A stretch of DNA of 64,000 nt from Podarcis bocagei (Eukaryota): NCBI GenBank assembly GCA_964188305.1, contig OZ076892.1. The stretch is one strand, 5' to 3'. The notes under the pieces were generated by a model. It saw only the letters and a program-made list of their open reading frames with translations, was not told where the DNA came from and did not search any database. How positions within the stretch are numbered: position 1 is the first letter of the stretch; each line of letters begins with the position of its first letter. The translations under genes and the position numbers were made by a program. Shown one piece after another: positions 10,975-23,809 of this stretch.

Positions 10975-11640
10975 ATTGAGGGGGCAGCTGATACCTGTTG
11001 AGCAGGCCAGAGAAGGGGGATCGGGCCCAGCTGAAGAATCCTGCATTTTTGGAGGACAGGGAAGCAGAACACAGAAGCAAATCCCAAAATGAGAGATGGG
11101 CATACCCTGCATCTGCCTCCTCTCTTATGCAAGGAGTCCAGAGCTGGTCTATTCTGACAGCAGAATGAAATGGAAGAATGGACTGCAACACTTTTCACCT
11201 CCAGGTCCTATTTTTAATGCCTCCATAAGTTAAAACCCCCTGTAAATGGAAAAGCAGAACACCTAACAAAGGGCTGAGGTGCCACCTCTCTCCTTTGTCT
11301 GCCAGTTTTCTGCTTGCAAGGAGGTCCCCCAGAAGGTGCTGAAGGCACATTAGGCCATCACATTGCTGAAGTGATGCAGGTCTGGGGCTGGTCAGCACTT
11401 GGATAAGAGATTGTTTGGGAACCATGCTTGGGTTCCATAATGAAAGAAAGGGGGTTGTATATATGGAATATATCAATATATACCCTCAATTACATTCTGC
11501 CATCCCTTTCTGCTACACCTGCTGCTCAGAACTATAGTGCATGAGTGGAAGGGAGCAGAGGAGAAGCCTCCACTTACACCAGGGTGAAAGAAGAACTGTT
11601 TTCCTGCTGTCAGATTGGAGGCTGAGTTATGAGCTCAGGA

Positions 11641-12202
11641 GGAACACTGGAAGCTGCCTGGATCCATCTAGCTCAGCACTGCCTGCACTGATCAGCAGCA
11701 GCTTTCCGTGGTTTTAGACAGGGGTCTCTCCCAGCCCTACCTGGATATACTGGGAATTGAAGCTGGGGATTGAATCCACTGCTTTGCAACTCAATTGTGG
11801 CCTTTCCTTAAAAAAATAAATCAAGATTCCAGTCCTCAAGATTCTATACAAAGGGCTTAAGGAACTGGGGAAGCTGCCTTATACCAAATTAGACCCATTT
11901 GTCCACCCAGCTCAATATTGTCTATAGTAGCTTTCCATCCTTCACAAGCTGGAAATGTCACTGGGGAGTGAACCCAGGACCTTCAGCATGCAAAACAGGT
12001 GCTCTACCACTCAGGATCATAGAAAACTATTTTATACTGAGTCAAACCATTGGTCCATTTTCCTCAGTATTGTCTCTACATTGACTAGCAGCGGCTCTCC
12101 AGGATTTCAGGCAGGGGTCTCTCTCCCACCCTCCCTGGAGATGCCAGGGATTGAACTTGGTACCTTGTGCATTCAAGGCGGATACTCTACCACTGAGCTA
12201 CG
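11641..12202 (-). mobile_element. Three tandem Squam2-like SINE copies (~11641-11770, 11861-12014, 12017-12202)
   Basis: Reverse-complement tRNA-Ala heads (CTCTACCACTGAGCTA) and tails (GGAAGCTGCCTTATAC). Confidence 0.75.
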
Positions 12203-12525
12203 GAGAAGCAACCAGCTGCTCCATAGAGGGGCTGACTGCATGGGCATGTTCAGGCCCCAGAGTGTGAAGAAGCAGCTCATTGTAGCCCTGCTTCCCTCTT
12301 AAGCTCACAGCACCTATGTATCAGGGTGCAGGGAGACAGAGAATTGCCCAGACCCAAGTCTCTCTCCAAATCATTTTGCGTGTAGCTAATACTCCCCCCT
12401 CCCTTTTTCTGCTTTCTGACAAGTGCCTGGCTTGTGGGATGAGCATGAATGGGAAAACACAGAGAAGGAAGAGCAACAACAGGCTAGCAAGGGCAAGGAG
12501 CAGGGCTCCGCCCCCTGACACCCAC

Positions 12526-13146
12526 CTGCACGTAGTCGACAGAGTCTCCAAGGGCACAGAAGGCCGTGTACATCACCTCGCGCTTCCCGCCCCACTTCTG
12601 CATGATGCAGGTATAGGTATTGTGCCGGACGAGGCTCTGGATGTGGCGCATGGCCCTGCGGCGGCCAGCCTCCGACTCGCCCTTCCCCCGGGCATGGAAG
12701 TTGCTCTTCCACACGTAGCAGCCTGTCCGGTCGGAGCCCATCACCTCGTTGAAGATGTCCAGCATGTAAACATCGTCCTCCCCGTTGCCGTCCACCACCA
12801 TGACGACCTTGAGGTTGGGGAAGGAGATGCGCTGGATGGAGCGCAGGCATTTGCGCAGGTAGTCGGGGTCCTCCTGGTAGGCGGCGATGCAGAGGGCCAC
12901 CGAGGAGCGCAGCTTCAGGGGCCGGCCCTCCAGGCGCATCTGCCGGTGCTCCAGGAAGGCAAAGAGGCTCTGGATGAAGAGGTGGAGGCCCAGGATGGCA
13001 CCATAGAGCCCAAAGGAGAGGTAGTGCTTCTCGGTGTGGATGAACTGGTAGCCCGTGACGTAGGCAGCGAGGATGCCCCCCAGCACCACCACGGCAAAGA
13101 GGCTGGTCCCAAAAACACGCAGGGCTGTGGAGAGCCTCACTGGCAT
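12526..13146 (-). CDS. HAS3: HAS3 first coding exon
   Basis: ATG directly after acceptor ctccAG; MPVRLSTALRVFGTSLFA...VVDGN...QKWGGKREVMYTAF...DYVQ; 621 nt; donor GTGGGT; total CDS 548 aa. Confidence 0.96.
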
Positions 13147-13414
13147 CTGGAGAGGAGGCAGAGAGGCCCGGTTAGACTGTGGCCACAGCAACAGACACAA
13201 GAGCCCTCCCTGACTCCTTGGCGGCGGCAGCAGTGTCCCTTCAGAGGGTGTTGGACTCCAAATCCCATCAGCCCCAGCCAGCATGAGCAGTGGTGACCGG
13301 AGTTGAAGCTTAACAACTTCTGGAGGGGTGCCCCTGATTTTCAGATCCTATTGCATTACAGCTCAGAGGAAGAACAGAGAAAGGCAAGGTGTTCTGTACA
13401 GAGTGGTGCTATTA

Positions 13415-13566
13415 TTGACCGATCTAGTTCAGCACTGTCAACTCTGACTGGCAGTGGCTCTCCAGGGTTTGAGGCTAGGGGCACTCCCAGGTCCACATGG
13501 AGATGCTGCCAGGAGGTGAACCGGGGACCTTCTGCATGCAAAGAAGATGCTCTACCACAATGCTGC
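13415..13566 (-). mobile_element. Squam2-like SINE
   Basis: GGACCTTCTGCATGCAAAGAAGATGCTCTACCAC reverse tRNA head. Confidence 0.7.
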
Positions 13567-13889
13567 AGCATTTCTGCATTAGCACTATGGCCGACAGCCG
13601 GAGGTCACCTGACGGGTTGTGTTTTTACCCAGCCTTTAATCTGGCAGGATCCCAGGGCGGTTTACAATTAGTGCACTAAAAACAGCAATAAAAATAACTG
13701 TGGAACAATACTTCAAGCAAAGGATGCAAATAGGCAATCAAACAAAACTATAGCACTGTAGGAAACAGACAGTTCTACTTTCAGCTGCTCTGGCTCAGGC
13801 ATTTTCAGTTGCCCCCACCCCAGGACTGGATGAAAAGCTGTTGCAGTTGATGGCAGTGGCAGGAGAGCCACATCTGCCTGGCAAGTAAG

Positions 13890-15310
13890 TACTACGCGCG
13901 CCCCCCTCTGATACTCTGGATGCAGCAGGGAGCCTGGGAGGTCTGTGGCCCGCTAGGTCTTCTTTGACTCCAACTCTCATCATCCCTAAGGCCGGGCCAC
14001 GCTGGGTCCGCGGGCTGTTGGGAGTTGTAGTCCAGCAACATTTGGAAGGCGCCAGGAGCGCGGGGCTGCAGGAGAGCGCCGCTGTCGCGGCGCCTTCTTG
14101 CCACGGAACCTCACCAGCGATCGACTCCGAGAACCTCGTGTCCGCAACTGCAAAGCGCGCCTGATCCTGCCCGGCTAGGCAGCGGCCCTGTAGTTCCACA
14201 GCCTGACCTGCTGAGCGCGCATGAGAGCAAGGAGGGCAAATGCACCCGGGGCGCCTCTGGTGTCCCGGTGAACTCGCAGCCCCATAAGTTTGGGCTGGGG
14301 GCGTACAGGGCGCAACCCCATAGCACCCTCTTTCCCCCATGCCGCCAAGCCTGGACTCCGCGGAAGCCCCTTATTCTTCCTCACCATGCATGCCCGGTCT
14401 TGGGGAAAGAGAGCGAAACGGTTCATTTGCATCGCCCAGCCTCCGCATGAGCGGAACCAGGCTGGCAGGAGGGGCAGACCCGGCACAGAGATGGGCTCTT
14501 CGCAACGGGCGGGCGGGATTTGGGGGGCGCCTCTACGGACAAAGGCAGAGAGGGCGGTGATGGTGGCCCCGAACCAAGCCTCGCAGGACGCAAGCCCGAC
14601 GGAGCGGCGGAAAGCCCTGTAGGAGAGGCTGAGGCTCCCCGGAGCCCAGCTCAGCCCGAAGCGGGAAAGCAGATGAGAAAGCCTTGTCCCTGTCCAGGGC
14701 CAGGTTGAAAGGCTGAGACCTTGGTCTAGAGAAGTGTCCTCCTCCCCTCCCCAGGTTTAGCTTTGGAGCGAAGGCGAGCCCACCGCGGAGCATGTGCAGA
14801 GCGCTTTCCCCCTCCACCAGCCAGAACCAGCACATGCGGCTCCTGCGCCTCGAGGAATCGGGTGTGGCACGTGTCTTTGCCAAGGGCTGGACGGCCATCG
14901 CCCTCCCGCACCCCGGCCAGGGACCTCGGACTCACCGTGCCGCGGCTTCCCCCCGGCCGCTCCCGCCTGCTCAGCTTGGCGCGGCGCTTTTGATGAGGAG
15001 GGAGGCGCCCAGCCCAACCCCATCCTCGACGGGGCGGGGGAGGAGCGCGCAAGGGGCAGAACCAGGCTTGCCCCCCTCCCGAGGTGCCACCCACGCGCCG
15101 CCGCCCCGCTCGAGCCCCGACGGAGCCCACGCCTGCCCCACTCAGAGGCTGCACAAGCGGAGTCAGGTCGGGACTGGAAGTTCGCAAAAGGAAAGGCAGA
15201 GTGGGGCTGGGGGCGAAGCCCCCAACTCTGGTCATGTCACGTCCAATGCCAAGGGTCGGTTGGGAGCCGGCTGGGGGAAGTGGGGGGCGGCGGCTCAAGA
15301 CGGGGTGTGT
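13890..15310 (-). promoter_or_regulatory. HAS3: HAS3 CpG island / promoter with non-coding first exon(s)
   Basis: CpG-rich, GC boxes; minus-strand donors GTGAGT at 14935 and GTGAGG at 14114. Confidence 0.7.
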
Positions 15311-15965
15311 GAAATGTATTGAAACACTCGTAAATACTTCCCCAAAAAGTCACCCCCATCCGCGCAGGCTGGAAGTTGGTATTGCCTTTGCTGTCCATAC
15401 ATCTGGAGAGATACCTCTTTGAAGAGCACACTAACGCAGAAGTTACTCCCCACCCCTAGCTCGCATGGGGCTTGTGCCCAGCATGTGGAGGTTCATTGCA
15501 GCCTAAAGACCAAAGCGGGGTGGGATCCTGCCCCTTTCCTCGTAGGACACTGCCAAGCCACCCTCTTTCTCAGCCTTCAACAGCCCTGTGCCCTCCAGGA
15601 GCTTTGAACTACAACTCCCATCAGTCCCAGCCAGTACCTGGCTGAGTCTGATGGGAGTTACAGTCCAAGACATTTGGAGGGCAGCAGCCTGGCGAAGGCA
15701 ACAGTGAGGAGGATTGAAAGGTTCCTCACGGAGGCTCAGGTTCTTGCACACACACTTATTTTCCATGCAGGGACCTGAATAAAAGATGAGATTTCCACTG
15801 AGGCAACTCAGCTGCCCTTGCTGGTGGCCCCTGGCATCAGAGAAGCAGCACAGCAAGTCTGAGGACCAGGGAGAGGGGGGAAAGCCTCAAAACCAGAATC
15901 GTGGGGTACCCTAAAGATTTATTCAGGCAATAACCTTCCTGGCCTGAAATCCACTGCATCGGATT

Positions 15966-16030
15966 GTGTTGTTGTTTAGTCGTTTAGTCGTGCCCGACTC
16001 TTCGTGACCCCATGGACCAGAGTACGCCAG
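15966..16030 (-). mobile_element. 5'-truncated RTE/BovB LINE 3' end
   Basis: Minus strand reads CTGGCGTACTCTGGTCCATGGGGTCACGAAGAGTCGGGCACGACTAAACGACTAAACAACAAC; 10-bp TSD GCATCGGATT. Confidence 0.85.
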
Positions 16031-16771
16031 GCATCGGATTAGGTCCCAATAATTAGGAGCATCCTTTGTACATTGGATGAAACAGTCCACAAGAGCTCCT
16101 GCCATCCTAAATTTGTTAGCCTTTAAGGTGCCATAAAAGTCTCTTGTCAGTTTTGTTGCTAAAGACTTGCAGAGAGTCCTCTCCAGAAGGAGCTGCAACA
16201 AGCAACTCCCATCACAGAGTACCCAGTCTTTTTTCTGCCAGTCAGTACTAGGGACTGCAACGTTTCATTGATTAATCAATTAAAAAAGCTTTTAATTCAC
16301 TATGAAGCTGCCCTCAATAAATCAGGAAGCAGATTTATTTCAATATATATCATTTCCAATGCAAAGATTTGTAACAAGTGCAAGTGGCTAAGCACAATAT
16401 TACAAGGTACATTCTCCCTTCTTCCTAACAGATGAAATGAATTTTCCTACAGAAGATCTGCTGTGAAACACGTACATCCATTGTCTAAAAACAAAGTAAG
16501 CCATTTGCTTTAAAATTATTTTTACTTACGCAAATTTAACCAACCAAATCCAAACAAGAAATCAACAAACAGACCTACTCATTATACAAGTGAGAATCAC
16601 CTTTTTATCTGCTCTTTTTTCAGTGTCTCTGGTTGAGCAGAGTCAGAACATCTAAAAATATTAAGAAGAAGACGACTTAAGAACCCCCTTTATCACAAAT
16701 ATATTTTTCTACAGCCTCTTGACAAAGGATAGAGTTAGCAAAGATGTCATGAAAAACACCAACTTAGCTTA

Positions 16772-16989
16772 GGCTGTGTACACACTTCCATTTACTGTGC
16801 ATCCAATGCACCTCCACCCTGCTGATGTGGGAAGTGGTATATACACCAAGTTAGCCACAATCCATATCTATCCTGTTGTTTCTTAGGAAATACTGCATTC
16901 TGAGGCATTTCCCCCCCAAACCACCTTCGATCCACATTGAGAAAAATAACAGCCTGGCTGCATTTCAAGTTGGTGATGTATACACAGCC
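16772..16989. mobile_element. PIF/Harbinger-like MITE
   Basis: TIRs GGCTGTGTACAC ... GTATACACAGCC flanked by TTA on both sides. Confidence 0.65.
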
Positions 16990-17298
16990 TTAGATGGTTT
17001 AAAAGTGGGGAGATTAAGGGCACTGTGAGTAGCTAAAGGGAAGGATAAAGAGGGTGATGCTGTCAGTGGCTGCTAGCCAGGATGCCGGTATGCTACCTGC
17101 AGTATCAGAGGCAGTAGTTGAGGAACATGTGCTAAGAGGTCCCCATTTCCTACTTGTGAGCTTCCCATTGAAGCATCTGGTTGGCCACTGTGGAAAATGA
17201 GATGCTCAGATAGATGGGTGTTCTTAAGCATTTTTAGTTTTGGGTGATATCTATGATCGTTTTGTTCTTGTGTGAGAGAGTTGCAGTGAAGCCACTTA

Positions 17299-17300
<2 letters not shown>

Positions 17301-17345
<45 letters not shown>

Positions 17346-17356
17346 CGCGCACGCGC
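17301..17356. repeat. (GT)n microsatellite with (GC) extension
   Basis: ~18 GT units followed by gcgcgcgtgcgcgcacgcgc. Confidence 0.95.
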
Positions 17357-18269
17357 TGGGTTTGGCCTGCCAAACTTGATTGTGTGCACAATCCTGAATG
17401 AGGAGAATAACTTTATCAAGAGTCTTTGTAGGCAAGAGCACAGATGAGAATTAAGGAATCACACACAAATCTATTTCTTAAGAGAATCTTGTCGTCACTT
17501 GCCTGTCACCTCAACACACACACACACACGAATCTCACACCTCCTTGCCTTCAGATGCATGTGAAATATAATACCCTTCTTTTTTGTTCAGTTAAACTTA
17601 GCAGAAAGGGTTGGGTGTTTGCAGAGATTTCCAAGGAAATTACAATAATTAGAACATCAGTAACACCACAGTGGAAGGATTTTGTAGAAAAGAGAATTCC
17701 AAAATCCAATCAAGCAATGAAGTCCTTTATTAGAATTCTGATTTTTCCTAACGGCAAATAACCCTTTTACCCCAGGAAAGGCTAATCTGTTCCCCCGCTC
17801 CCAATATTGTTAGATTCCAATTCCAAACAGCCCCAGAAAACATGGCTAATAATCAGGGGTGATGGGAGTCCAGTAACATCTGGAAGTCACAGAATAGCCA
17901 CTTTGCCTAGTTTAGCTGCTGCATTAACTAACGCAGAATGGATTCCCCAAGGTGTGTCTAAGTTAAAGAGTTGGCTTAAGTGCACCCTTCATTAGCAATA
18001 CCGTTGAGTGATCTTAAAATCTTGTTCCCCTTGAGTTATTGTTCATGATACCCAAACATTCACTTCATAGCCAATTGTTACTGTTCAGATCATTCCTCTG
18101 CTGCTAATTTTAGCAACTTAATTTAGCCTTGTAAACAGCCACTATGCTGGCCACTGGTGGCAAGTGAATTACCTCCAGGCAAGGAATCTTTTGCAAACTG
18201 GATTTTCTCTCCCTCTTTCAGGTCAGGCTATCACATGTATATTTGGGAAGTCGATCTGTTGAACATACT

Positions 18270-18720
18270 TATGTTTTATAAAATATTTATTAAAGATTTT
18301 AAACAATATAACACCATACACATACACAACCCAAAAACAATAAAAGACACCATCACCAAAATGAGAAAATACATACAGAACAAGAAAATCATATAAAAGA
18401 CAGACAACATAGTTAGATTTCATAGACCAAGTTTCCATAACCCTCTTTTCTGACTCCCTCACATCTCCCTTTCCTGTGTTCCCATTTGCAAAATCATGTT
18501 CAGCAATACTTCACCTTCTCTCAAAACTTGTTTTAAATTGTACATTTCAGCTATTATGTCTCCAATTTTACCCTTTGTTATCAAATATTTAAATATTTAA
18601 GCTTGACATAATATTATTCAAATTTCACCTTTGTTCTTATAGTTCAGTTATTTTCATACTCCTTTCCGCTAAGTTACTAATGCCATGTTGTCTTTATATC
18701 CTGCATCCTGTTGAACATAC
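18270..18720 (-). mobile_element. Probable L1-type LINE 3' fragment
   Basis: AT-rich, strand-biased block with minus-strand AATAAA and poly-A-like end; family not certain. Confidence 0.4.
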
Positions 18721-18733
18721 TTATGGACCAGCA

Positions 18734-18872
18734 CAGCCTTTGCTAGCCTGGAGTTCTTCTGATGCTTTGAACTACAACTTCCCATTGACCTCAGCCAGCA
18801 CACCTGAATGATGCTGAGGTTGATGGGAGTTGTAGTCCAAAACATATAAAGGGCCCAGGTTGGCAAGGGCTG
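18734..18872. mobile_element. Palindromic hAT-type MITE
   Basis: CAGCCTTTGCTAGCCTG ... CAGGTTGGCAAGGGCTG ends with the GAACTACAAC/GGGAGTTGTAGTCC hairpin core. Confidence 0.75.
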
Positions 18873-21800
18873 CTTTAACAGATAATGTAAGCGAAATGAG
18901 TACAACTGGCTACAAAATCACCTGCATTTAGAAACTGATTGGCAACTGTGGTAGACAGTGGAGGTAAAATAATCAGGTCTGCATCATGGGATCCAACCCA
19001 CCTCAGGTGGGCACAGTGCTCAAATTAGAGGGGGTCTGTAGTGGCCATCACTCCCTTACCTTGAGTGATGTCTCACTCAGCTAGTCTCTTTAGAAGGCTC
19101 TTCAGGGAGGCAAGGGTGCAGGGAAGATTTGGTAAAAATTATGGGGAAGCAGGAGAGCGAGATTATGGATTTAATTCAGCTTTCCTCTCATCTTTCCCCA
19201 AATAACTGAAATACTGTGTGGGTAGCATTCACTTTGATCCCTGACAGGTGCACCTGAGTCCTGTGTCCATTATTTTCTGACAACAAACAAAAAGGTTTAT
19301 TTGGGTCCTGGACTGAAGAGGGAAGGAAAGTCATAGAGATGTACTATTTTGCCAGGGCCTCTTCAAAAACATGTAAAAACTGAGAGAGATGAAAGTGTGT
19401 GTGTTTGTTCCTAGAAGAAATTTGCCCAGAGAATTCTGTAGTCAGCAAATGGCCGGTGGCCCAGGTACCTTTGTGAATTCCTTGAACTCAAAAATCCAGT
19501 TGTCAAGATAAACTGGCATGCAAGACTTTAGGACAGAGCTTTTCATGTTGTTCACTTTTTAGACATGCTTTATTTCGTGACACAGTAATTCACTTTTAAT
19601 AGCAAACTGGAGGTTAAACTAACCCCTTTCCCAGCCCCAGGAGGAGCGCGGGGAGTGTTTGCACGACACACCTACACACTGCAGCTGACACACTAACATG
19701 TTGCAACACACAGTTTGGAAAGCTCTGCTTTAGGATTTCTTCATATACTATACCACAAGCCTATCAACTGCAGAACTTAAGAGTTGACCTGCCTGCTTAG
19801 TACAGCTTCCCCGCATCCACACACACATACACGTGCCAGAGATTAGCTCAACATTAATGACCCTGTTATTCTTACAAAAGCTTACAAAAACTACTGTAAA
19901 ACAACTAACAAGCCTTACTTGGTGCATATTCAAGGAACTACCATGACTTAATCCCTTCCTAAAACCATGGAGCTGGAAAAATAACAAAAGACCACCTAAC
20001 TGCATCGGATAACCCCCCTCCATTCATCTTCATATTCACATATATGCACACACTGCAGAATCTGGACTGTGCAACTCTGATCACTAGAGGGATATACACA
20101 AGGCAGGGAGATGCTGGCAAATTTCAGGTGGCTCAAATCAAGGCACACACTTCATGGGAAAGTACAGACCTGATCCCCCACTTCCAAAGTCACTAGGCAA
20201 CCTGAGCTTGGGATCACAGGTTCCTAGCCCTGAATACAGAGATCCCTGAAGCCATAGGCAGGAGCAAAATCCTAGCCACCATGTCATTAAAAAAAGCATG
20301 AATGGGTCACAACTCCACACCACCCAACATGCTGTACCTGCCTTGACTGTCCCTAATGCTTCAGAAAGGTAGGTCTATGAGGGGACCTCTGAATCTTACA
20401 CAAGGGAAAAGATTCCACCGCAACTAACCCCAGTTCACTGGTTCACTCTATGATAGGCCCAGCTGAAGCACCAGAACAGAAAATTTAGGATACCTTGAGC
20501 AATTTTCTCCACCTCTGCTTTGACCTCCATCTGGCTTTTGGTCTCTCAACAGGCCCAGGAAGGTTTTTCAACTCTGGTGGTTTATGGTCTCCTAACCCCT
20601 TCCTAACCCCCCCCCCAAGTCCAGGCACACACAAAAAAAGAAAGTAAAATAGGTTTTAAAAACTCACAGTTAGGAAATGGCTGGCCTGGCTTCTAAAGCT
20701 CTTGGTGTAAAATGCCAGAGAGGTGGAAGCTCCCTGGTCTCGTCCTGCCCCAGAAAGCCTGTGTCTGGGAAGGGAACATGAGGCAAGGGGTGGGCACTGC
20801 CAGGGGCTGAGGAACATCAGATGGGAGGGGGCAAACTGCAGGGCTTTCAGGAGAGAGGCCAGAGCTGAGCCTTGCCTCGCTCTCAGCGATCTCTTTAGAC
20901 CCCACAGCTGTGCCCACAAGCAAAAGCAAACACAGGGCAAGTCCCATGACTTTCCCCCAAAGAATCCTGGGAGTGATTTTTAAGTTTTGCAAGGGTGCTT
21001 CTCAAGAGGCATGCAAATCTCTTTGCAGCACAAAACCCTCTTGGACCTTCAGCTTCCTTGGGCGAGGCTGGTTGGAAAAGTAGGCCTGTCCTTCATTTCC
21101 TTTCCCTTGCCAAGCCTCACAAGCATCCCTTTCAATACCTTCCACCATCCAAAGCAAGTGTTATTTTTTAAATAGGGGGCCTTTGAGAGGCTGACAGTTT
21201 GAGGAGCTACTTTCCCCCCTGGGCCTTCCTAATCCCCCGTCTCCCCATTGCTCATCTAGGCCTTTCCTTGGCCCTCCACACAGTCTCAGTGAACTTGTCT
21301 AAACAGCGAGCTATTTAGGTTCAAAAGCAACGAAAGTTTGAAAAGGCCTTCTGATCCCAAAAGTTACAAATAATGCCCATAAGCCTTCTTTAGGCCTTCT
21401 GGTTTACCACAACACGCAACTTGGTTGCTCAGAAGCACCCAGTTGATGCTATCCCACCCGAACATACACAACTGTTCCAGAGGCACCCTGCAACCCACTA
21501 GCCAGTCAGCTAGTGAAATGATTTATGTGTTGTTAAAAACAGCGCAAGAGGCTTACAATTGTTATGCTGCTTTCCCTTACAGCCACCCCATAAGATCACT
21601 GTGATGCCCATTTTACAGATGAACAAGCAAGTCCCACCAGATGACAGTTTGCTCAATGAGCCCATGGAAGAGCCAGGCATCCAGATCCATTTCTTCCCTG
21701 CCTGCTCGCACTGCCTCCCACTTGGCATTCAGAGACAGTCTCGAAAAGACGCTGTAAGGGGATCCTCCATTTACAGGACCATACTTTATGCAAAAGGATT

Positions 21801-23761
21801 AATACAAGCTCACTTGCACCTTTTCAGGAACTGAAGGCAGTGCCTGGGGCTGAGTTTCAGTGTGTGCCACCCTGGATCCAGCAGAGGCACTCAGAGAGCA
21901 CCCAAAGGGTCAAGCGCACAATGGCCAGGAGCGATACTGTGAAAGGGGTCCCTTTGGGGGACACCCTCAGCAAAAACGACACTTATAAGAGGGTCCCTTT
22001 CGGCATGCCGCAGCCGCAAGACACACCCCCTTGGCCCCCTCCCACAAGTTGCCGGGGTCCAGTATCTAAAGGACAATGAGGGAGCAGAGAAAGGACTGCT
22101 GTGAGCTTAAGGTTTCCTCTCCTCTTTGCTAGACCAGCTGCAGCAGGAGTTGCCCCATGGCAAACCACAGGTGCCTGGCCGAGGCTGGAGCAGGGACAAG
22201 AGTGCCCGTTGGGGACCACAGGCAAGCTGCACACCCTCCGCCCAGGACCGTATCAGCAGGTGCTGCCTTTCAAACCCACTCCATTGTGGAACCGCCAGCA
22301 TTGCAACATCTTACCTTTCGATGCAAAGGCAGCTCCCAGGCACGGCTTCTCGCTCAGGGTTCTGTGCCTCTTCGGGAGAAGGGGGGAAAAAACCCTGCTT
22401 TTCCAAGGTAGAGAAGCAGCTTCCCACCCCCTCCTGCACAGGAATCTCCTTGTTTGCAGAGGCGGAATTGCAGCCAAGAAGAAAAGAGACTTTTCATTCA
22501 ATAACCTTTGGCTGGAGCAAGCGTGGATGGGCGGAGGAGCCAGAGCCCAGGCAAAATCATCCCAGGGCAGGAAGGTACCAAAAAAGAAAGGGGAAAAAAC
22601 CCAAACAGTCAACCTTCTACCTAGGCAAGGCTGAACCCTTTAAGGGACTCCAGGGACTGCAGCCCCTGCCCTGGGACAGAGAAGGGCACAGAAACCGCCT
22701 ACCCCAGGGAGTGGAACCTGCAGCAACCCGGCACTCCCCCTGCAAGGACAATGACAGTTTCTGAGCTGCTGCTCCCCCCCACCCCCCTTTCCTCCAACGC
22801 ACAGACTGTATAGCTATTCCTGGAGTCTATAAAAACCATCTCTCTAAACACCCCCTGGCTGTAGAAATAGCTTCGCCAGGGTTGCTATTCTCAGGGACGG
22901 CTTTCCTTGCGTGATCCAGGAACTTGGGAAGAACAATTGTCTTCAGTTCGCTTTCCCCCACCCCCCTTTCTCTTTCTCTCCTTTTTTTTTTTTTTTTTTT
23001 TGTTAGCCATCAGCTGCTGGTCCTTCTCCCTGGAACTCATTATTCTGCAGTGTGCTGGTTCCTCGCAGGCTGCGGAAGAGTCACATAACAACTGCCAGCA
23101 GAAGTGCTGGTGGCACAACCTGAGCTCCCAGCATATCCATGACACCCCATAGAAAGCAATCTCTTTACCTGAAGCTATGGTAGGATCTTGGCAGCAAAGC
23201 AGACAGATTTCACCCCTCTGTGCTTGCTCCCCCAACCCAGCACTGGTGTCTGTGGGGTTTAGAGCACCCCTTCCTTCCTGATGGACACCTGCTGGATGTT
23301 AGCATACACTCCATTCATAGACTGCTTGAGGGGTCACCTGGGGACAAGCACTCTCCAGTGGGACTTGCAGAGGAGAAAAAGGAAGGGGCTGAGAGCAGGG
23401 GAATTGATGCTGGTTCTTTGGAAGCCAGGAGTGGGGAGATGAAGGCAGGGCAGCACTATAGTGGGCATTGGTACCATTATGCCCCAAAGAAGCAACCCTT
23501 CACCTGGTTTCTTCTCTATAAACCTGGAGCAGGAAAACTGTGCACCTCCTTGCCACAAATATTGCTGGACTGCAATGTCCAACAGCCCAAGCCAGCGTGG
23601 TCAATGGCAAGCGATGTTGAGGGGCCAGGGATGGTGTGGACTGATGCTCCTCACTCAGTCCTGTCCTAAACTCTGTTCAGGGCCAAGGAAAACACAACAG
23701 TTCAGGCCAAGGAAAACACAACAGAACCACTGCAGGATCAGCTTCAGTCGGTGAATCCAAC

Positions 23762-23809
23762 ACAGAATCATAGAATTGTAGAGTTGGAAATGATCCCAAA
23801 GGTCATCTA
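23762..23809 (-). mobile_element. CR1 LINE 3' terminus
   Basis: AGAATCATAGAATTGTAGAGTTGGAA...GGTCATCTA is the reverse of the CR1 (ATTCTRTG)n tail. Confidence 0.7.

Noticed and set aside
13147-13284. Apparent 46-aa N-terminal extension of HAS3
   Set aside because: Lies upstream of a clear splice acceptor immediately before the conserved MPV start; intronic
12316-13296. 326-aa + strand ORF
   Set aside because: Antisense shadow of the HAS3 first coding exon
13795-15422. Many 100-190 aa ORFs here and at 2447-3394
   Set aside because: Stop-codon depletion in GC-rich CpG islands; low-complexity Arg/Pro/Gly products
19370-19710. Cluster of CATG p63-like half-sites ~4.5 kb upstream of HAS3
   Set aside because: Only isolated half-sites; no correctly spaced full element
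22982-23235. Poly-A tail on the - strand suggesting a retrocopy
   Set aside because: No TSD, poly(A) signal or recognisable parent sequence
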